A stretch of DNA of 64,000 nucleotides from Lama guanicoe (taxonomy: Eukaryota), in the NCBI GenBank assembly GCA_013239625.1, contig MU056000.1, positions 8,223,214 through 8,287,213 of the forward strand, given 5' to 3'. The translations under genes were made by a program, and so were the position numbers. Under the pieces are notes generated by a model, which was not told the origin of the DNA, made no database searches, and was given only the letters and a program-made list of their open reading frames with translations. The stretch's first letter is position 1; every line of letters starts with the position of its first letter. Shown piece after piece: positions 40,427 through 54,200 of the stretch.

Positions 40427-43049
40427 CACCAATATCAACACAATCACCTTCGTTCTATGTAAAAGGAGATGATGGAAGATCACTGCTATTTCTCTTTAGG
40501 CTCTAAGAGTCAATGATTTTAGAGAATCTGACTTAGTGGCTCTGCTTGCAATAGTGGAGCAAAATGAATGTTCAAGTGTTTGAAATACTATATTAGAAAA
40601 CGATTTATTGTCATTGTCATTGTATAAATGTTGTCCTCAGACGTTCCTCTACCTGGGAGAGGATCAGAGTCCAGGACTTGTTCTCTGTCCTCTAGTTTGA
40701 ATCTCTGCAGGAAAGATGAGAGACTAGTTTTGCACCATGGAGATGAGTTTTTGCTACTTGATTCTTTTATCTCTGCATCCATCGAGGATTTGTACTATCA
40801 AGGGATCCTGGGTGACCTTTCTTCTCGCATCACTTTTAATTCCCATTTCACATGAATGAGTTGACTTCATAGCCACACACTCTTGGCCATGTTAATTTCA
40901 TCCCACTGAGACAGGTGCGAAGCCAAATCTGAAGGGAAGGTGGCACAGGTGACAGAGTAATAATAGGACGCCTATAGCAAAGCATCCGACAAATCTGGGA
41001 AGAACAAGCCATGATGTGGAGACGGAATGGAACAAATCAATGTCAACTGTGAAGCTATGTAAACCTCATCGACAAGTCAAAAACTATGGCAAAGAGCTGT
41101 CTGCGAAAGTTTACAAAACTGACAGATTAATGTTTTAAACAACCACGATGTCAGCCTGGTCACCTAGCAAGACAGCAGATGACAGGAATCAGTGCCCCGA
41201 AGCGGAATCATAGGCACCTTTCCGGAATAATTGCAGTGAAATAAAACAAAACACCTCTTTCCGACCAACTCCTCCAATCTGTAGGATTCCACCTGCTTTG
41301 TTCTAGCCAAATCCCTTGACATCCAAATAAAACATGTTGATCAGAGTTTACTTAATCAACTAAATGGCAGGACTCCATGAAATAAAGAAGGCCGTGTTTC
41401 TTGGTAGTTTAAGATGATGTTAGAATCCATTAGGTTTGATGCAAAATTTATGATACTACTATATTGGTGACTCTTACCTATAATCTCTAGAAGTTTTTTT
41501 AATGCCTGGTACATAACCCAGGGGGACTGAATAAAAATTTATAGGTAATGGGGCCCGGATGTGTATTTTGAAAATTTTCTACTAGTGATTTTTATGCCCA
41601 TACCTACTTTGGAATAAATTTTATTTATGACATAGCCCATAATAATGGCAGTCAATATTTTAAATATTTACTTACCCTGTATCATACTCCACTAAATGCT
41701 TTACATGCATTAACTTTTTTTGTTTTCACATTGACCCAATAAGGAAGGCATTTTATTTTCTAAATCGTCTCAAATTTAAAAATGTTAACTAACTGCCTCA
41801 AAGATTAGCTGGGACTAGAAGTTTATCTCAGACTAACTGTTCAGAACCCCACCTCAAAACTCTTGAGTATTTATTCACATTGTTTTAATAGAGGCTATAG
41901 AACCAGGAACAGCAAAACAATAACACAAATTCCCTTAATGAGGAATGACTACAGTTGACTTAGTTTTTCTTGCCTTCCTAGATATAAAATATTGGAATTA
42001 TTATGTCCAACCACAGGAAGAATTGTACTCCTTGTACTGTTGAAGTTCACACCACAATTGACATATTACCTTCTAAATAAAGGCCTTTAACTTTTAAGGG
42101 GGCCACTGCCAAGTTCAGATATACCCAGAGGAGGCAAAGAGAATGTTGAGGAGTTTTGCACCAGTTTCCTTGTCTGTATCACACCATAATGGAGAAACCA
42201 GCCTTCCAATGTATAAAGGATGAAAGAGGAAGTACCAGAACCCCAGGCTTAGCCAAGGTCAGTGACTTGCAGTCCCTCAAATGAACGCTGAGCGTGCTCA
42301 CTCTGTGCCCACTGCTCCAAATATCCACTTCCTCTACCCTCGTCTTCTCCTCTTGTAAGTCTAGGGACAATGTCTTTGCTTTTCAATTTTATGGTACTGA
42401 ATCGCAGCATCGACTTATTTAATTACTACCTGTTCTGTAAGAGTACATACCTGCTCTCACCCTCAATCCTTGCACAAGAGAAAAAAAACGACCACGACCT
42501 TCACAGCGCCAACAGTGCTTTACTAGATTCACTTAACTACATGCTTGTCTTCTTAGAACATACATGTGTTGTTGGCAGGGACCATTCCTTTGCATTATCA
42601 TCTTCTCATCTAGCCTAGAGTGTACTCAGTGCACGATAAGTGGATGGATGGCTGACTTAACGTACACCCCCAATAATGTTTGGGTCAATATAAGACAATA
42701 TGCCACAGTGCATACGCACAGAGCAAACTTACTAATGTGTCTGAGAAAATGCAGAACATGAGGATACGTTACTTTCGTGGCACTTCCAATCCAAGACTTC
42801 TATCATCTTTTTTGTGAATTTCTCTCTCTCTCTCATTGTATGCCTTTTGTATAACTTGAATTATAGGATAAGAATTATAAGAATAATTCTATTCAGAACA
42901 GAAATGCTTGAGGGACAAAAGGCCAATATTTATCCTTTCTCACTCAATGCTCTTTGCTGAAATTTAAACAGCTAAATATTGATACCAGTGGAATAATTAT
43001 ATATATTCTCATTTCTAAAGAACATCAGTATTTTACTTGACCTACTGTT

Positions 43050-44570
43050 AGCACTTCACTTTGTTGCCTTTCCGTCCTTCCCCAAACACACTCTTATGGT
43101 TTTCAATAGGCCCCTCAGCTGCTCTCTTCCCACCTCTCTGACTGCCCTGATTCTCAGTGGCTATCTCTTACTTCCTTCAGCAAGCATTCTCCCTGGAATG
43201 CATTTAAATTTCTATTCTCTTACACTTTCTCTGAATCATCTCATCCACTCTCACAGCTTCAATAACCAAATAATGGTGTATCTCCAACTGTCTATTGACA
43301 TTCATTCTGGAAAACCCAGAGGCTCATGTCCAAAACTGAAACCACAGCCAGTCTGCAAACCTGCTGTTACTCCTTTGTTTTCCTATTTCAGTAAATGGCA
43401 CCATCCTTTACCCAAGCTGCCTAACCTCCACACTTGGGTATCATTCTGGACTTTGTCCTCTTCAAATATACATAACAAATCATTAAGTACCAGTGTGACT
43501 TGTGATTTATAATAAAAAGTATAACTTTGGACTTCATCCCTATTTCTGTAACAGAGTTCCTAAAACCTTGGAGTTTTCCAAGTGATGAGTGTGACAAAGG
43601 AGTCTTGTTATGTTAATGAGGTGACTTTTGGACCACATCTAAGGATGGGGGCTGGTTGTCAAGGGAACCAAAATGTAATTAAAAGGTTGCTATTTTCAGT
43701 TCCAGGCCCTTGACCTCTGGGAAGGGAAGGGGGCTGGTGATTGAGTTCAATTGCCGATGGCCAATGATTCAATCAACCATACCTATGCAATAAAGCCGTC
43801 ATAAAAATCCACAAGGATGTGTTTCAGAGATTTCCTGGGGTGGAGAACATGTGGAGATTTGGGGAGAGCAGCCCACTCTGGAGAGCCCTGGGCCCTTTCC
43901 TCATACTTTGCTCTATGCCTCTCTTCCATTTGGCTGTTTCTGAATTATACCCTTTTACAACAAACTCTCTGAGTTCTATGAGCCCCTCTAGCCAACTAAT
44001 TGAATCCATGAAGAAGGTTGTTGGAACACCCACTCTACAGATGGTGAGTTGATTAGAAGAACAAGTGACAACTTAGACTTGCCAGTGGCATCTAAAGTGT
44101 GCTGGGTACGGGGCAGGGGGGAGGGGGTGTGAATCTTATAGGACTGAACCCTTAGCCTGTGGAATCTGATGCCTGTTTTCAAGCAGATAGTGTCAGAATT
44201 GAGTCGAATTGTAGGGTACCCAGCAGGTACCCAAGAATTGCTTGGTAGGGGACAAAACCCATGCTGAAACTGACAGCAGAGTCACCAGCACCAATTCCAT
44301 CTCTCTAATCTGCCGACTAGCCCCACTGACACCACTCTAACCCTGGCCACCGATATCTCTTGCCCAGACACCTAAACTCATTATCCTAATTAGCATGTCT
44401 GTCTCTTGTTCATACCTGCTTTCAATCTGTTCTCCATAGTACAGCTAAAAACTATCTTTAAAAGTTTAACAAATACGATTCTCTTATTCATCTACTTTGA
44501 ACCTTTCAATGACTCCTCATTTCCTAAGGATAAAAATGGATACTTCTTAACATTCAACCCTCCAACGGCT
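43050..44570 (+). mobile_element. L2 LINE remnant split by the MER21-like LTR
   Basis: L2 motifs catgtccaaaactgaa…ctatttcagtaaatggcaccatcc on the left and …ttctccatagtacagc…ttcaatgactcctcatt on the right. Confidence 0.65.
43494..44284 (+). mobile_element. MER21-like solo LTR inserted in an L2
   Basis: TG…CA termini. 4-bp TSD ccag at 43490-43493 and 44285-44288. MER21-like body (…ctaaaaccttggagttttcc…aggatgggggctggtt…gcagatagtgtcagaattgag). Confidence 0.8.
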
Positions 44571-45700
44571 GAACACTTTATAACAGTAAAGGAAATACTC
44601 TTTCCCGCAAGCATCATGATGTCTCTGTTAAGTCTAGATATTAATTTGATGAATTGAAGGTATTGAACAAATTTGACTGGTTGTTCTTATTCACATTTTT
44701 CTTTGGTTTACACAAAAACAGATTTTTGCAAGTTAATAATATTATTACGAATTTGAAAATATAGACATAACCTAAAAAACTAACCAAAACTTAATCTTCT
44801 CATCACATTTTCTCCCAAACTTTACTACTGTTTAATTATAATCAAACAATTAATTTGTGAGGTAATTACAACCCATTCACAGTTACATGTTCAAAGATAT
44901 TCTCCCTTTGTTTGGCCACCAAGAAATGTACTAATTTTCAGAGCAAGAAAGGACACTTCTTGATTCTGAGAAAAGCATTAGCAGATACTTGTTTTTTACC
45001 GATGAGCCTGGAAAGTTCTCTTGCCAGATTGTGAAATCCATATTAAAAAAAAAAATCCTCAATTGTAAACCTGACATTATCATTTACTTTGACGCTGTAT
45101 CATTTGTGAGGCAGAATAATCAATTTTCCCATGATTTGCTATCTTCCTGACATAAAATCCACTAGTGAAGTTTACTGGTGGCTCTTTGAAGTTTACCGAG
45201 TTCCTGCCATTATTTCACAATGAGGAGATATGTCAGGTCTCTTCAGTGGCTCCAAAATCCCCAGGAAGTTCTCTCATTAGCTCCCTGGAAATCAAAACAT
45301 GTCTCCAGTAATCTGGTGATGCTGCTGCTTAAGTTCTCTTCACTACTGCAATGTCAGATGTCTCCAGTACATAAATGAAATGCAAAAGTAACACCGTCTT
45401 CTCAGTACCAGCCACCACGGGGACTGAGCCATCACCGCCTACCCACTTACCGGGGAGCAAACCACAAGTTCCAGTTATTTTACAGCTGTTATTCTTAGGA
45501 CTGACTTCAAGGCAAGAACAATGCAACCTTTTTGATTCAAATCTCTAATACCCACCAAATACGCTAAGTAAACACTTACGGAATGAATGAATTTAAAAAA
45601 GCAGTACGGCAACAGATATGTACGTGTAAAGCATTCTGCAAGGTGCTGAATGACACAAACAGGAAAGACGCGGGTACAAAGTTAGTCCATGTACAGATCA

Positions 45701-45875
45701 TGTGACGGTTAATTTCGTGTGTCAACTTGACCTGGCTAAAGGATGCCCAGACGGCTGGTAAAACATGATTTCTTGGTGTGTCTCTGAGGATGTTTCTGGG
45801 AGAGTTTGGCATTTGAAACAGAAGACGAAGTATAGAGGACCACTCTCACCAGTGCAGGTAGGCATCATTCAAGAT
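45701..45875 (+). mobile_element. MLT2 (ERVL) LTR 5' fragment
   Basis: tgtgacggttaatttcgtgtgtcaacttgacctggctaaaggatgcccagacggctggtaaaacatgatttc is a canonical MLT2 start. Confidence 0.85.
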
Positions 45876-48800
45876 GGTGCTAACTACAATATTAAAACCA
45901 AGAACACTCTTCTATTAACTTGTTTAAATACAAATGGAACAAGTGAGTCGGTACTATTTTTCATTTCTTTTCATACTGTGCAGTTGATTAAAAAAATTCC
46001 TCCTTATACTAAAGTAGCTTCATGACTTGAACATTTCATTGTGGTCCTTTCTAATACAGATCCTGCTGGTTTGTCTAGGAAGAGTGACATCTTTTTCAAC
46101 TCTCTGAAACTACAGCACTAACTAGAGTACAAAATAAAATACCAGGTTGCAGTGAGAGAGATGCAAATGAATTTCAGAGACAACCTCCACCTAGGGAGAT
46201 GGAAGGGGCAGGAAGAATGAAGAAACCCAGGACAACAGCCCAGGCTTAGAAGGTGGCATCTGAGATGGACAGTGGGAGATGACTACCTGACCATGTGAAG
46301 GGCTAGAGGAAAAGCCTTACAGATGGAACAGCATGAATCAGGCACAGAAACAGGCAAACATTAAATATGTGCCTGTGTGTTTCCGGGAGTGATGAATTCA
46401 ATTAGACTGGCATGTAGGGCTAGACTGAATATCACGCAAATTAGCTTGAAAGTTTTGACTTAGGCAAAAAGTTGTATGAAGCAATGATCCTGATGTTTAC
46501 TATTTATTAAGTGTGAGGCACCATCTCATTTATCTCCAAGCTCCATGTAAAAAACCCTTTGAAATTTTCCTGAGCTCATCTGTTTCATCGATAAGAAAAT
46601 AATTAATGAAACTTAACTTTGTTTTTTTGCTTTTGTTTGTTTGTTTGTTCTACATCGGAAGGTAAACAGTGTTAAGACAGACCCTGTACTGCATTATAAG
46701 GATATTGCACTGCAAGGATGTTCGTTGGCCTGCCCCTCAATGTCCCTGTCAGCTGCAGAGCTTTTTCATAATTAGGTGGACACAGGAAGGTCCTCTGGGG
46801 TTGTGGACACAGACGGCTATTGGCTCCTCCACCCAGAGAAACAGTCTCATTTCTCTTTGCTTCATTTATACTGTTGACATTTTCTTTCCAGTGATTTTGT
46901 GTGTGTGTATCTTTCAGAGCGCCTGTTCCTCGTTGCCTCCAGAGTGGTTTTTAATTGCTACTGTCACATCGCCTGCTGATTAAGGAGCCCGAGGTGACCA
47001 CAGGGCCGACATCACGTAAGAGGGAGTTATTATTATAATTGTACCCTGATACAGTAGTAAAATGGTTGTACTATTTGTATAATAACAGTTGTACTGTTAC
47101 TCTAATTATTTTATCTTGAAATGACCCAGTGAATGATTAAGGATATGAAATATAATCCATTTATGTAAAAAGGAGGGGCTGGCCATCAGAATGGCTAAGT
47201 GAATAATTCAACATTACCCAGTCAGTGGAACAGCAGAGACACTGACACAGTGACAGCCAGCCCGATGGCCTTTCTGATTCTTGACAAGGTATGTAATATG
47301 CAAATACCTATCAGCTCTTCTGCTTCACCTGTGAAATATTACTTCCCCACTGCTCTGGTAGTGATATGCTCAAAACATGAACATTCTTATAGTAACTTGT
47401 TTAAATACAAATGCAACAATCAGATCTGATCCAACTTTTCACTCCTTACCACACACTACACAGCTGATTAACAAAAAAACCCTCTTTACTAGAGCAGCTT
47501 TATGACTTGAACATTTCACTGTGATCCTTTCTTAAGTCAACTTCAAAAGCCTGAACTTAGCCCTGTCTTCAAGCTGTGAAAGTCTAAGTTTCTTTTCCTT
47601 TTATTTATTTTTCCTTTTGGAAATTTCTCCACTGCGAATGAACCAAGTATACTCTAACAAGGAATATGCCCACATTCGCACCCTGAACCTCAGACAAGAA
47701 CTTGTAGGAATGTAGTGCTGATGGATGTACCACTGTTGGGATAGTTTATACACCACTGCTGAAGCAAGACGAGCTGTGACCGATGCATTTTTTCCATAGT
47801 CGTCATCCTTCCACATCTCCCCAATATGGGGAAGTGTCTTAATGGATGTGCATTAGCAAGTTTGCAGGCTTATTTTCAGTCATAAAGAGGAGTGTACCAG
47901 ATGCTCGTGGTACACTGAATTTGTCACACTGTAGACAGGCTAATATCATTACGTGAGACCACAGGGGAAAAAGTAAAAGATTCACATTTAATCCATATTA
48001 ACTACCGGGAGACCCATCAAGGCAGTTGGGCTGGCTCATGATACAGCAGCTTCCAGCAAATTAGCAGCCCATAACAACTTAGTTATAATGAGCTGCAAGA
48101 TCTTACACCATAAGCTCCTCTCCATTAAAGTGAATTCAAGTACATGAATTCATGTACAGAGTATAACCTTAACATCTGTCTGTGCTTAGCCAATATTTTG
48201 TTTATGCCTTTTTGGGAACAGCCAAATGATCCCCTTGTCCCCTGAAATGAGGGACTGTAATTTCCAGCAACGGCAGTTTTTACGGGATGGAGGGCAGAGC
48301 TGATCCACGTTGGCCGCCTCGGCCCCCGAACCGGGCAGCAGGCCGCTCGTGATGCCGCCGCCGTCTCGCACACGGTGGGCCAGCCTCCTCCCCAGCCATT
48401 TCCCCTTGCCAGTCAAGTGGGGAAAGTCATCGTCTAGTCGTAAACTAAGTAGGCAACAAGACACATGAAGCTATAAATCCTGTAAAATGCATATTTAGTT
48501 AAGCAAAACGACTTAAATCATATCCTACTCAACTCAGCATGGAGAACCTAGCTATTTTAATTAATTTAGGTCATTGTTTTCCCTGTAAAAGCAATGTCCT
48601 TCTCCTCTTCGTATAGTGGAATGAATGCCCTTTAGAGATTCAGGGAATAATAATATAATACTATCACTATTATAATAATTATTGTTTCTGTTTTACAGCT
48701 GAGGAAACAGAGGAATAGGTTACCCATGGTTAACTAGTGGCTAAGTTAAGGGAACAGACATTTTATATACAGTTCAAGGTATCTTCAAAGAGTTTTACGT

Positions 48801-49029
48801 ATAGGATGAATAAATACTTACATAAATAATAGAACTTCCCTATTCTTAGTCTGTCTTAAACAGTGGGTGTACATGAATCACTTGGGCAATGTTTTCAACA
48901 TTTATGTCCTTCCTTCTGCCTCCAGAAACCTTAGCATGTTGAAAAGTGGGTATTGCAAATATCAGTGTGGGCTTTCTAGATCTTTCCACACCCAAACTGC
49001 ATCTAGTTCTAATCGACCTAGATATAACG

Positions 49030-49900
49030 TCTTAAAACGTCTTAGATGGAGGGGATCTAGAAGGTCATTCAGTTCATCACCCATCCTTCTTAAAGACTCA
49101 GCCTCTCAGACAGTCACTGCCTGAAATTTAGCTACCAGGGACGACAGCTCAAACTCAGATGCACACCACTCCACCGAAGGACAGCTCTGGGTGTCAAAAT
49201 CACACTATGCCTTCCTGTAAAAATCTAATAATTGATTCTGACCCTGACTTCTGTTCTAGTTCTGTCCGCTGATTCACCAAAGCACGACACTGACTTTTTC
49301 ATTGACACGATAGACCGGCCAATGTTTGAAAACCACACCTTCTCTTCTGTGATTTAAATAAGGGGGCCGTTCAGAATTCTCATCATTGTTCTTGCAAGTT
49401 TCATCATTCTGGCCACAGCTCTGAATACTGTTTCTCTTGTTAGTAGATCCCCTCTACCCTTAATTCGTAATATCCAACATTGCACGTAGTATTCCAAATA
49501 CACTCTGAAAAGTGTCAAGCACTTAAGTGTAACTGCCTTGCAGCACTGAAACTGAACTTCCATTAATGTAACCTAACATTACGTTAGCTTTCTTAATCTT
49601 GTGAAATAGTTGCCTTGTATGAAATTTGAATTCAACTAAACCTCTAGTTCTTTATCCAAAATTGCTGCCGAGTTAGGTTTCCATACACGATGTGCCTCTG
49701 CGTTTGATATCTTTGTACCTGTGGACAGGGCTGGACATATATCCAAGTTTTCAACTTTTTGTTTTTAATCTCCTTTTTTTTCCCCCAGCATTTTAGGTTC
49801 TTCTTGAAATCTAATTCTGTATCAAATGTATTTACATTTTCTTAGCCTTTATAATCTTCAAATTCTATAAACTTGCTTTGAAGACATTGGCTTAATTCTA
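49030..49900 (-). mobile_element. L3/CR1 LINE remnant
   Basis: Minus-strand peptide LTLFRVYLEYYVQCW…LLTRETVFRAVARMMK resembles the CR1 ORF2 C-terminal motif LVRPHLEYCVQFW…LERVQRRATKMIK. L3-like 3' end (tagaaggtcattcagttca) near 49060. Confidence 0.7.
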
Positions 49901-50588
49901 TGATTAAAGTTTTGAATAGAAAGGTCAGTGTTTCTCCACTGCAGGCTTTTTATGAAGTTTCTACTCAACAGTGTGTCCAAAGGGATATATAAACACATGT
50001 CTAATACATGTCATCAGTACACAAAGCTCAGCACAGGCCTTGGGTTGCTCTCTAGTCCCTAGATGGAGGGGACCGTGATCTGCACGCTGTCTTACTGTCC
50101 ACCTCCCCATCTGCAGAACGTCTGCTGCTTATCATGCACTTGTTCGCAAATGATGAATAATCATTCACAACTGTATGAAAGTCTTCATCAGTCACCCCCA
50201 AATCTGGTTATAATCACGCCAGAGGGTCTTAGCAAGAGAGATGGCTGAGCTTTATAAATATACTTATTTCTCATATCTCAGGCTTTGAATTCAAATTTGA
50301 TCATTAACTTCCAAACACTGCTGAGCTGTGTAGCTCAGATGTGGCAGCAACTGTGTCTAAAGCGGGGTGCACAAGATAATCCACTGGGGTAGGGGAAGCA
50401 AAGGTTTGAACTACATTTTAAATTACTGTGATTTTTAAAATGACATTTTTGTATTTTCTGACATATAAGTTTCGAGACAGTTGAACATTCGCATCATGCA
50501 CAAATAAAAAAGCACCTAATGGATGTTCTTGCTCAAAAAACGTTTACTGTTCGAGGAGTGAAACTGACAAAGGCTGCCGACCTCTGGG

Positions 50589-51202
50589 TGACAGATGCAC
50601 ACAGGCTGGGCTGGGGACCCAGGTAAGACCTGACCCTGTGAGCAGCTCTTTGCAGGAAGCAGCCCTTTGCAGGAGGCCCTTTGTCTTGTTAATTTAGCAA
50701 AGCTATATTTTAACTAACCTTTACACCAGGTGCCCTCGTGTTTAACTAACCTCAGGCCCAAGCACACCTTTCAAATCTTTTGATCACACAATGCCTTGCC
50801 TAACATGTTGATTCTTAGGTTAAAGGAGAAATTAAGAGTAAGTAATTAACAGATAACCAGATCTTTTCTGCAGCTTCCCCTTCAATAATCCTATGAGCAA
50901 ACTGTGTGAACAAAACAGCATCTAAAGAAAGATCACAAGGAGTCAGCAAGTCTGCACACAGTGAAAGATGATGAAGACTTTGACCTCTTCCCCAAATGAT
51001 TAACTGTGACCAGCTTCCCCTTTTCCCTTTAAAATCTTTAACAATCAAGCAGAATCTTCAGAGCTGGTTTTCAGACACGAGTCTGCCTTCTCCCCAGGTT
51101 GCCAGACTCATAAGTAAAGCAATCTTTCCTTTCCTCCCAACCCTTGCCTCTCACGAGTATTGGCTTTTGAGCGGCGAGCAGCCAAACCTGAGTTTGGTAA
51201 CA
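50589..51202 (+). mobile_element. ERV1-class solo LTR
   Basis: TTTAAAA motif, AGTAAA poly-A-like signal, and a typical end gagcggcgagcagccaaacctgagtttggtaaCA. Short internal tandem duplications. Confidence 0.75.
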
Positions 51203-54200
51203 ACCTTAGCCAATCTGTTCTGCTCCACAGCTAAATGGTGATGACTCAACACTGGGAAGGCCCTGCCCGGGAGACAAGAAAATCCTATTCATTTGGAAGA
51301 GATCACAGAATGGAAGCCTTTAATTTTGCAGGTACAGAATCTGTGGTGCAGAGGAATTAAGTGACTAGACTGAGAGACTCAGAGCCCTTTGGGGACATAC
51401 TGGGAGAAGAAAATGAAATGAAATAAGGTTAATACCAGAGCTAGACCTGATTTCGCTCCATTGCTCTTTCTCCAAATATATTACCCCAATAAGGAAGTAA
51501 ACAAACAAACCAAAAGCCAAAAACAATAAAAAAAAGAAAGAAAAGAAACAAAAGGAATTGGAGGAGATAGCCACTTAACTACATCTTTTGGCCCCACCCT
51601 TCCACTGACTGATGTGAGGGGACAGCATTAGGCCCAGTGGATGACACCAGCTGTGAACTTTCTGAACACCTGCTCACTCCTCAGTGAGCAGAGTCTTCTT
51701 CTAACTTTAAACCCCTTTAGAATTGTGCCTTTGAAAGTTGTGAACATCCACATTGTTCTAAGATGAGTAACACGTTGCCAAAAACTAAATCAAGGTTTAC
51801 AGCAGGGGAACATCCACTCGTAACCTTGGTCCAGTAAAATGTTCCTGCACAGCTGGAAGAGGAAATTATCATGTACTTTATAAACACCATCACCTTGCTC
51901 CTGACCACGAGAAGAATGTCACTGTTCTCATGGAAAGAAAGTTAGGCCCTAAGTATGTCCGTGTTTTCTTAAAATCCAACAACTGGAATACACTGGGGCC
52001 TACAGAGGAAACAAAGACTCTGGTTTTCCTCCAGCCCCGTGGTTTTCCTAATACATCACAGCCAAGCAGCCTACTTCACACCTGATTAAATTTACCATGA
52101 ATTTTGTCTCCAATGAAAGCATAGTCTCAAAGTTGTCCCAATACATCAATGATCCCTGCAAACAAAGATGATTTAAAAAAAAAAAAACTTGCCCTGGCTT
52201 CCTTTTAAAAGTGGAAGTTAAGAGTAAGGTCTTACAGAACACTGATAGTGATACACTCATTAGGATGGACGTAGCCTTTGTGTCACTGTAACATACTCTC
52301 TTCCTAGATCGTGGTGCTTTGGAAAGGAAGCGGAGGGGTGATAATAATAATAGCCACTGACTCATCTTCTGGCCCCCACTAGCATGATAGCTCCATGAAG
52401 GCAGTGGCTTCGCCTCTCTTTATTCCAAACTTTTAGAAGAGGGACTGGCAAGTACCAGAACTCAGTAAATAGGGTTGTAATAACAACTGTGCTATGCCAT
52501 TCAGCTTAAGTCATCCTTATGAGATGCTTTGGCTTCTGGAGACCTATTGAAACGAATGAAAATGATACACAAGGCTGCACAATAAAACAAACAACACAAT
52601 TATCATGAAACAGACTGAGAAATGGGGACAACATTCTAAGATCAGGCCTTGACCACATGTCTAGCATCCACCTTCTTAGCTCTGAGCAGCCCAGCTGGTA
52701 TCCACGTGAACAGAACTTTCCCTTCTGTCTGTCTGTCTCCCTCTTTATTTCACACATGCATGCACCAATACAGCCTGGCAGACAGTGGGCCTGGAAAGAG
52801 ACAAGATTTGGATTAATCACATGCTGATGACCCTGCCAATCTCATATCGCCTTGAATCTGTCACTTGCATGCATCTCCAAGGTGGCAGATAGGACTGTTC
52901 CAATCTCTATCCTGCCCCCAAATCTCTGCAGAGAACTCTCAGACCGCCCTTGAACTTGTCCCTCCACCTCCCATACAGCCAGTTTCTGCCTATCTGTGAA
53001 ATCAGACAGGTAGTTCTCAAAAGCTCCTGGGTCTAGCAGTTTTCTAGGGAATCTATGAAAAATGCAGATGTCCAAGGCCAGCCTCTGAGATGCTGAGTCA
53101 GGAAGCCGCCTTTATGATAGTTGCTCCAGCCGATTCTGATGTGGGAGGGTGTCCGGCAGCACCTCATCACCAGCCCCAGAGCTCCAGGCCCAGCAGGATT
53201 TCAAACAGGAATATGCTGACTGGGCGAGTGAAACAGTGAAGCAGGCAGGCAGGAGGGAACTAGTAACGAAAAACAAAGGGAGAATTATGCAGTGGGCGGG
53301 GAGGCAGGGGCTGGATATCTATGAAGAGGCAAAAATCAATGAAGATTTTCCAGAATCTAAGTGAGATGATTAAACTGAGCAGCGCTGTTGGCTAGAAGGC
53401 TGAGAGTGAGCTGCAGAGTTCAGCAGACATGGATTCTAAACTTCGCACTAATTTATCTCTGTGACACGCCACGTAACGAAGCTTTAATGTTTCTGATCCA
53501 CAGCTCAGGGATATGATCTAACATATAAGGCCTTTGCGGGGACTTAGTGAGATCCTGGAAGTAAACACGGAATCAAGAGCCCTGGATGAGCTCAATAGGT
53601 GTATCAATGATTCTTTCAGAGCAATAACAAAATAAAAGGGTCAAGTTCATCAGTTTTTACGTGAACAAACCCAAACATGCTGAGAGAATAAGTCCCTGCA
53701 TGGGAAATGAACGCTATTTGACAAATATCCATGTACAACATTTGCCAAATATACGACGGCCTGCAAACAGCATCAGGTCCAAGGCAGGTCTGGGCCACTA
53801 CGCAGCTACCTGTGCTGGAAACCGCGGGGGAGCATCACGGCCAAATGGCCCAACCACCAGGGGCCTGGGATGACGCAGACATAGCCCCCAGTGCACTCCA
53901 AGTTCCCCTCTATAAGTCTTTTCATCCGCCCCTCTGTATTGATGGTTTCTATTTTTTGGCAGAAGTGCTCTGTGATCATGTAGGTGCAATTAATCCCCAA
54001 CCCTGGCACCTAAATTTAATTACTTTTAACATTTCAACACTGAATATAAGTATCTCCTGCAGAAACTTGCTTAACGCCAATGAAAACAATCAGAAATTGG
54101 TTCAGAGGAGCAGGAGGGCTTGAAATGAACTGAAGAGGGCACATGTGAACAATGTGGAGGCTATGCAATTATCTCATTCTGTGTTCTCATTGGAGGAAAA

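Noticed and set aside
38795..40440. TSD for the long young L1
   Set aside because: Only a weak aagcagcaat/aaacaccaat resemblance, not enough to call a TSD or an atypical insertion.
49160..49190. REST/NRSE-like site (…caccgaaggacagctc)
   Set aside because: Only the right half-site is reasonable, the left half is poor, and it lies within an L3 remnant.
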